64,000 nucleotides of DNA, from assembly GCA_002269645.1 (NCBI GenBank), contig NIVC01003723.1:1-64000 (forward strand), written 5' to 3'. A program made the position numbers and the translations under genes. Positions within the stretch are counted from its first letter, which is position 1. Each line of letters starts with the position of its first letter. This DNA is from Macrostomum lignano (Eukaryota). Shown here in pieces: positions 61,601 to 64,000 of this stretch. The notes beneath the pieces were generated by a model. That model saw only the letters and a list, made by a program, of their open reading frames with translations, searched no databases and had not been told where the DNA came from.

Positions 61601-61981
61601 TATCAGTGTGATCATTAGGCCTAAAGACAAAAGTTTAGCCCTTTGAGTTTGACAATTATTTAAAATAGATTAGTAAGTATTTATTATATAACTTACAAAA
61701 AATGCTCATGCCTAGGTTTCAAGTTCTTACTCTTAGGCCCTTAAGCATATTCCATATAATGCTGGCAAGCACTAAAAAAAGCAACAAAAAGAACTTACTG
61801 TTGTTTCATATTTAATTGCTAAAGACACAAGAGTGTCACTAGGTCTAACTTTGTGGAGTCTTGTCTTCTGAGATGTTGTTGAAGCACTTTTTGATGTTGC
61901 ACCATATGTTCGAATTTTCTTAACTGTATTTTTTGGGACAGTTGATCCAGAAGTAAACAATATATCTTTTTCATCAGCCAT
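55682..61981 (-). CDS. LysM-domain protein (LYSMD1/2-like), 3 exons
   Basis: Exons 61981-61799, 57119-56707 and about 55963-55682. The LysM domain HKVRPSDTLVSLAIKYETT|VEELKRLNGLWSNDGLQLKSSIKVP is split by intron 1; IRTYGAT upstream, SNEFLRKFD, and C-terminal VEETFYKL* resemble LYSMD1/2. The phase of the last junction is ambiguous. Confidence 0.85.
55970..56630 (+). repeat. 27-28 bp minisatellite, LysM-gene intron 2
   Basis: Unit GCCAAGCAACTGAGGATCTGG(G)AGGGTT; same family as HBS1L intron 1. Confidence 0.92.
57266..57525 (+). mobile_element. hAT-type MITE (MER58/Charlie-like), 260 bp
   Basis: Termini CAAAGGTCGACAAAC...CTTTGCCAACCCTTG resemble CAGGGGTCGGCAAAC TIRs; 8-bp TSD TTCTGTAC/TTCTATAC (1 mismatch). 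Confidence 0.75.
58697..61467. mobile_element. Non-autonomous TIR DNA element (about 2.8 kb) in LysM-gene intron 1
   Basis: Inverted repeats GTCATTTTGTCAACTGGCGTTTTGTCAACT (left) and AGTTGACAAAATGCCAGTTGATGAAATGAC (right); multiple subterminal TGTCAAC motifs; 8-bp TSD GGTGAAAT/AGTGAAAT. Confidence 0.65.
59250..59560 (-). mobile_element. RTE-clade LINE C-terminal fragment
   Basis: Minus frame KAVIETILLYTVKTWMLMKLLEQQVDAVHAGLLHATF...GVTNAAF resembles the RTE post-RT region (xVESILLYGxETW...LDGxxxxLLR...TN). Confidence 0.65.
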
Positions 61982-63169
61982 TTCTAAATCTAAACATCAC
62001 ATTGACAAAGGCAAAATATGATAATTGAATAGGCCTACACTGCAAGGTTTAACTTTAAAGATGAAATTCAATTATTTTTTGAAATAGTTAAACTTTAGTT
62101 TTAAGTCTTTAACAAGTCTTGTCACCGCTTTTCAATTTTTACAACCAAGACTTTCTTCAAATTCAATCTGGCCGAGTCCTAAATTTTATTTATCCTTAGA
62201 AACTGCATTTTAATTTTTTTGAAAGAATTTTTGGGAAATTTACTAGAGACTGATTAGTTTTTAAGAAGAGGGACGCAATATGTTCAGCGTGATCGAAAAA
62301 TGCAAGATTTAGGACAGCCACTGGAGAGGAGATGAGTGCTCTATTCTATCTCTAAGTGAATTCAATTTACATTAGGCCTAGCTAATTTCAGAGTAAAATT
62401 TTACACCATCCGTTTTTTCTGAATTTGTACACTTCAAGCTTAGGCTGCTTAGATTACTATGAAAACGAGAACAGACAGATTGACTGTGGTGTTAGCCGTT
62501 AGGTAAGGTACCATATTTATTTAATTAGATATCATGATGATAAACCAAGCGATTTAAAATCAGCTAACAAAATGGGTTTCTGCTAAAAAGACATTTAAAC
62601 AACATATCAACATTTTCGCGAGTTAAGTAGCATAAATGATAAAAATGGTTTACTTAGGCAGGCAAATTACTTTAAATATTTTATTCAAATTATTGTCGCT
62701 TTTTTGAGTAATTTACAATAGCTTGCTTTACTTTTTTAACAGCAGTTTGTTGAAGTACTTCGTTCTATTTACTATTTAAGGATATCCCGAGCGATATTCG
62801 AGATGGATATAAGTAAATAGCAAAAATCTGCTTTTAAAGCACTAAAAAACAGGAATTTTACAGAAAAAATAATTAACTAATGAGATTTTCCAGGTATAAA
62901 CAACCTTAAAATTGAGCTTGGCGCTTATGATTGAAATGATTTTGTATATTGTAATTCTCATAAAGCTGATGTTTCTTTATCTCGACAGTTTTAGGTTGAT
63001 ATTCGATTTTGAGTTCTATCACTTGCTCTCTGTCGCTAAAATTTTAAATTGAAAATCTTTACATACAACAAGAATAATACAACAAGAAAATAAAGTGATA
63101 TCAATTAAAGTTCGTTTTGTTACTTTATTCCATCCAATATAGTTTCATCAAATATATTGGCCATCCCTA

Positions 63170-64000
63170 AAGAAGAGCAACTCTAGCCGCCTCGACAACT
63201 TGCGTGGCATAGCCCTAGAGTGCAGCACTCTAGCCCAAGTCCTTACCATCCCTTCGAAACCGCATTCAACCCATCATCAACCAGATCGATCGAGGCTTTT
63301 CAATTTCAACATCCAGAGCTTGGCTTTCGACCTGGACGGTTCAACAGCAGAACAAGTCGCTGCGATCCGATGCATCATTGACACGTGCGAGACTCGCCAG
63401 ACTTGTCAATTATTTTTGTAGATTTCTGCAAAGCTTTTGACTCCGTCAGCCGAGCGGCCATTTGCCTGGCTCCTCCAGCAGCATGGAGTTCCTCAGCTGC
63501 TGGTTCAGGCGATCATGGACCTCTACAACTCGTCCAAGGCTTTTGTCCAGACTGACCATGGCCCTATAGCTGAATTTGCCACCACCTCCGGGGTCCTGCA
63601 AGGTGACACCCTATCATCACCGTTTCTATTCGTTATCCTGATCGACTACGTCATGCTGGCTCTGCGCGAAGAAGACGGCTATAATATGAAGTGTTGCATG
63701 CCTCGCCGCAGCTCCCGCTTTCCCTGTGTCAAGCTGACCTGCCTCGCCTACACCGAAGACTTACCTGCTGCAGTTCCGAAGCTGCGCAGAGGGTGCTGAG
63801 AGTCGACTGGCTGGAGGGGAAGCGCGTATGGCTCCACGTCAACTACAGCTAGCAAGACAATTAGGTGCTGCAATGCTGGCATTGCCAACTCTCCACCTCT
63901 GCAGCTCTACCCGGACGGCAACACCATTGCCCCGCAACCAGTTCAAGTATCTGGGTTTCCTGGTCACTGACCGCGGATGCCATTGTCAACAACCGCAAGC
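63170..64000 (+). mobile_element. 5'-truncated, frameshifted non-LTR (RTE-like) reverse transcriptase, runs off the window
   Basis: GFRPGR/STAEQVAAIRCII; FCKAFDSV; GVLQGDTLSSPFLF; LAYTED (degenerate YADD); several frameshifts. Confidence 0.85.

Overview
Eukaryotic (animal) genomic DNA with spliceosomal introns, GC3-rich exons and AT-rich spacers. Almost every long intron is filled by its own minisatellite. This style, plus TTAGGG repeats, suggests a Macrostomum-like flatworm, but that is an inference. The + strand carries a 3-exon gene for a small secreted Cys-rich prepropeptide (129-2089) and a 16-exon aldehyde-oxidase/xanthine-dehydrogenase-family molybdoflavoenzyme gene (3507-19457) with two single-base frameshifts. 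A nest of decayed transposons follows (about 20-27 kb: Ty3/gypsy, THAP9/P-like transposase). The - strand then carries five head-to-tail genes: LysM-domain protein, QDPR, PAK1IP1, HBS1L and a YjbQ/UPF0047 protein. They look like a candidate trans-spliced operon, and PAK1IP1 has no genomic ATG at its expected start. HBS1L intron 3 holds a tandem array of 74-bp minimal Helitron-like units with a nested 2.35-kb Helitron-like element carrying telomeric repeats. RTE LINE fragments, a hAT MITE, a TIR element and a tRNA-derived SINE are also present. Most long ORFs in the supplied track are artefacts of tandem repeats. Exon boundaries were derived by eye from splice signals, phase and remembered family motifs; no database searches were run.
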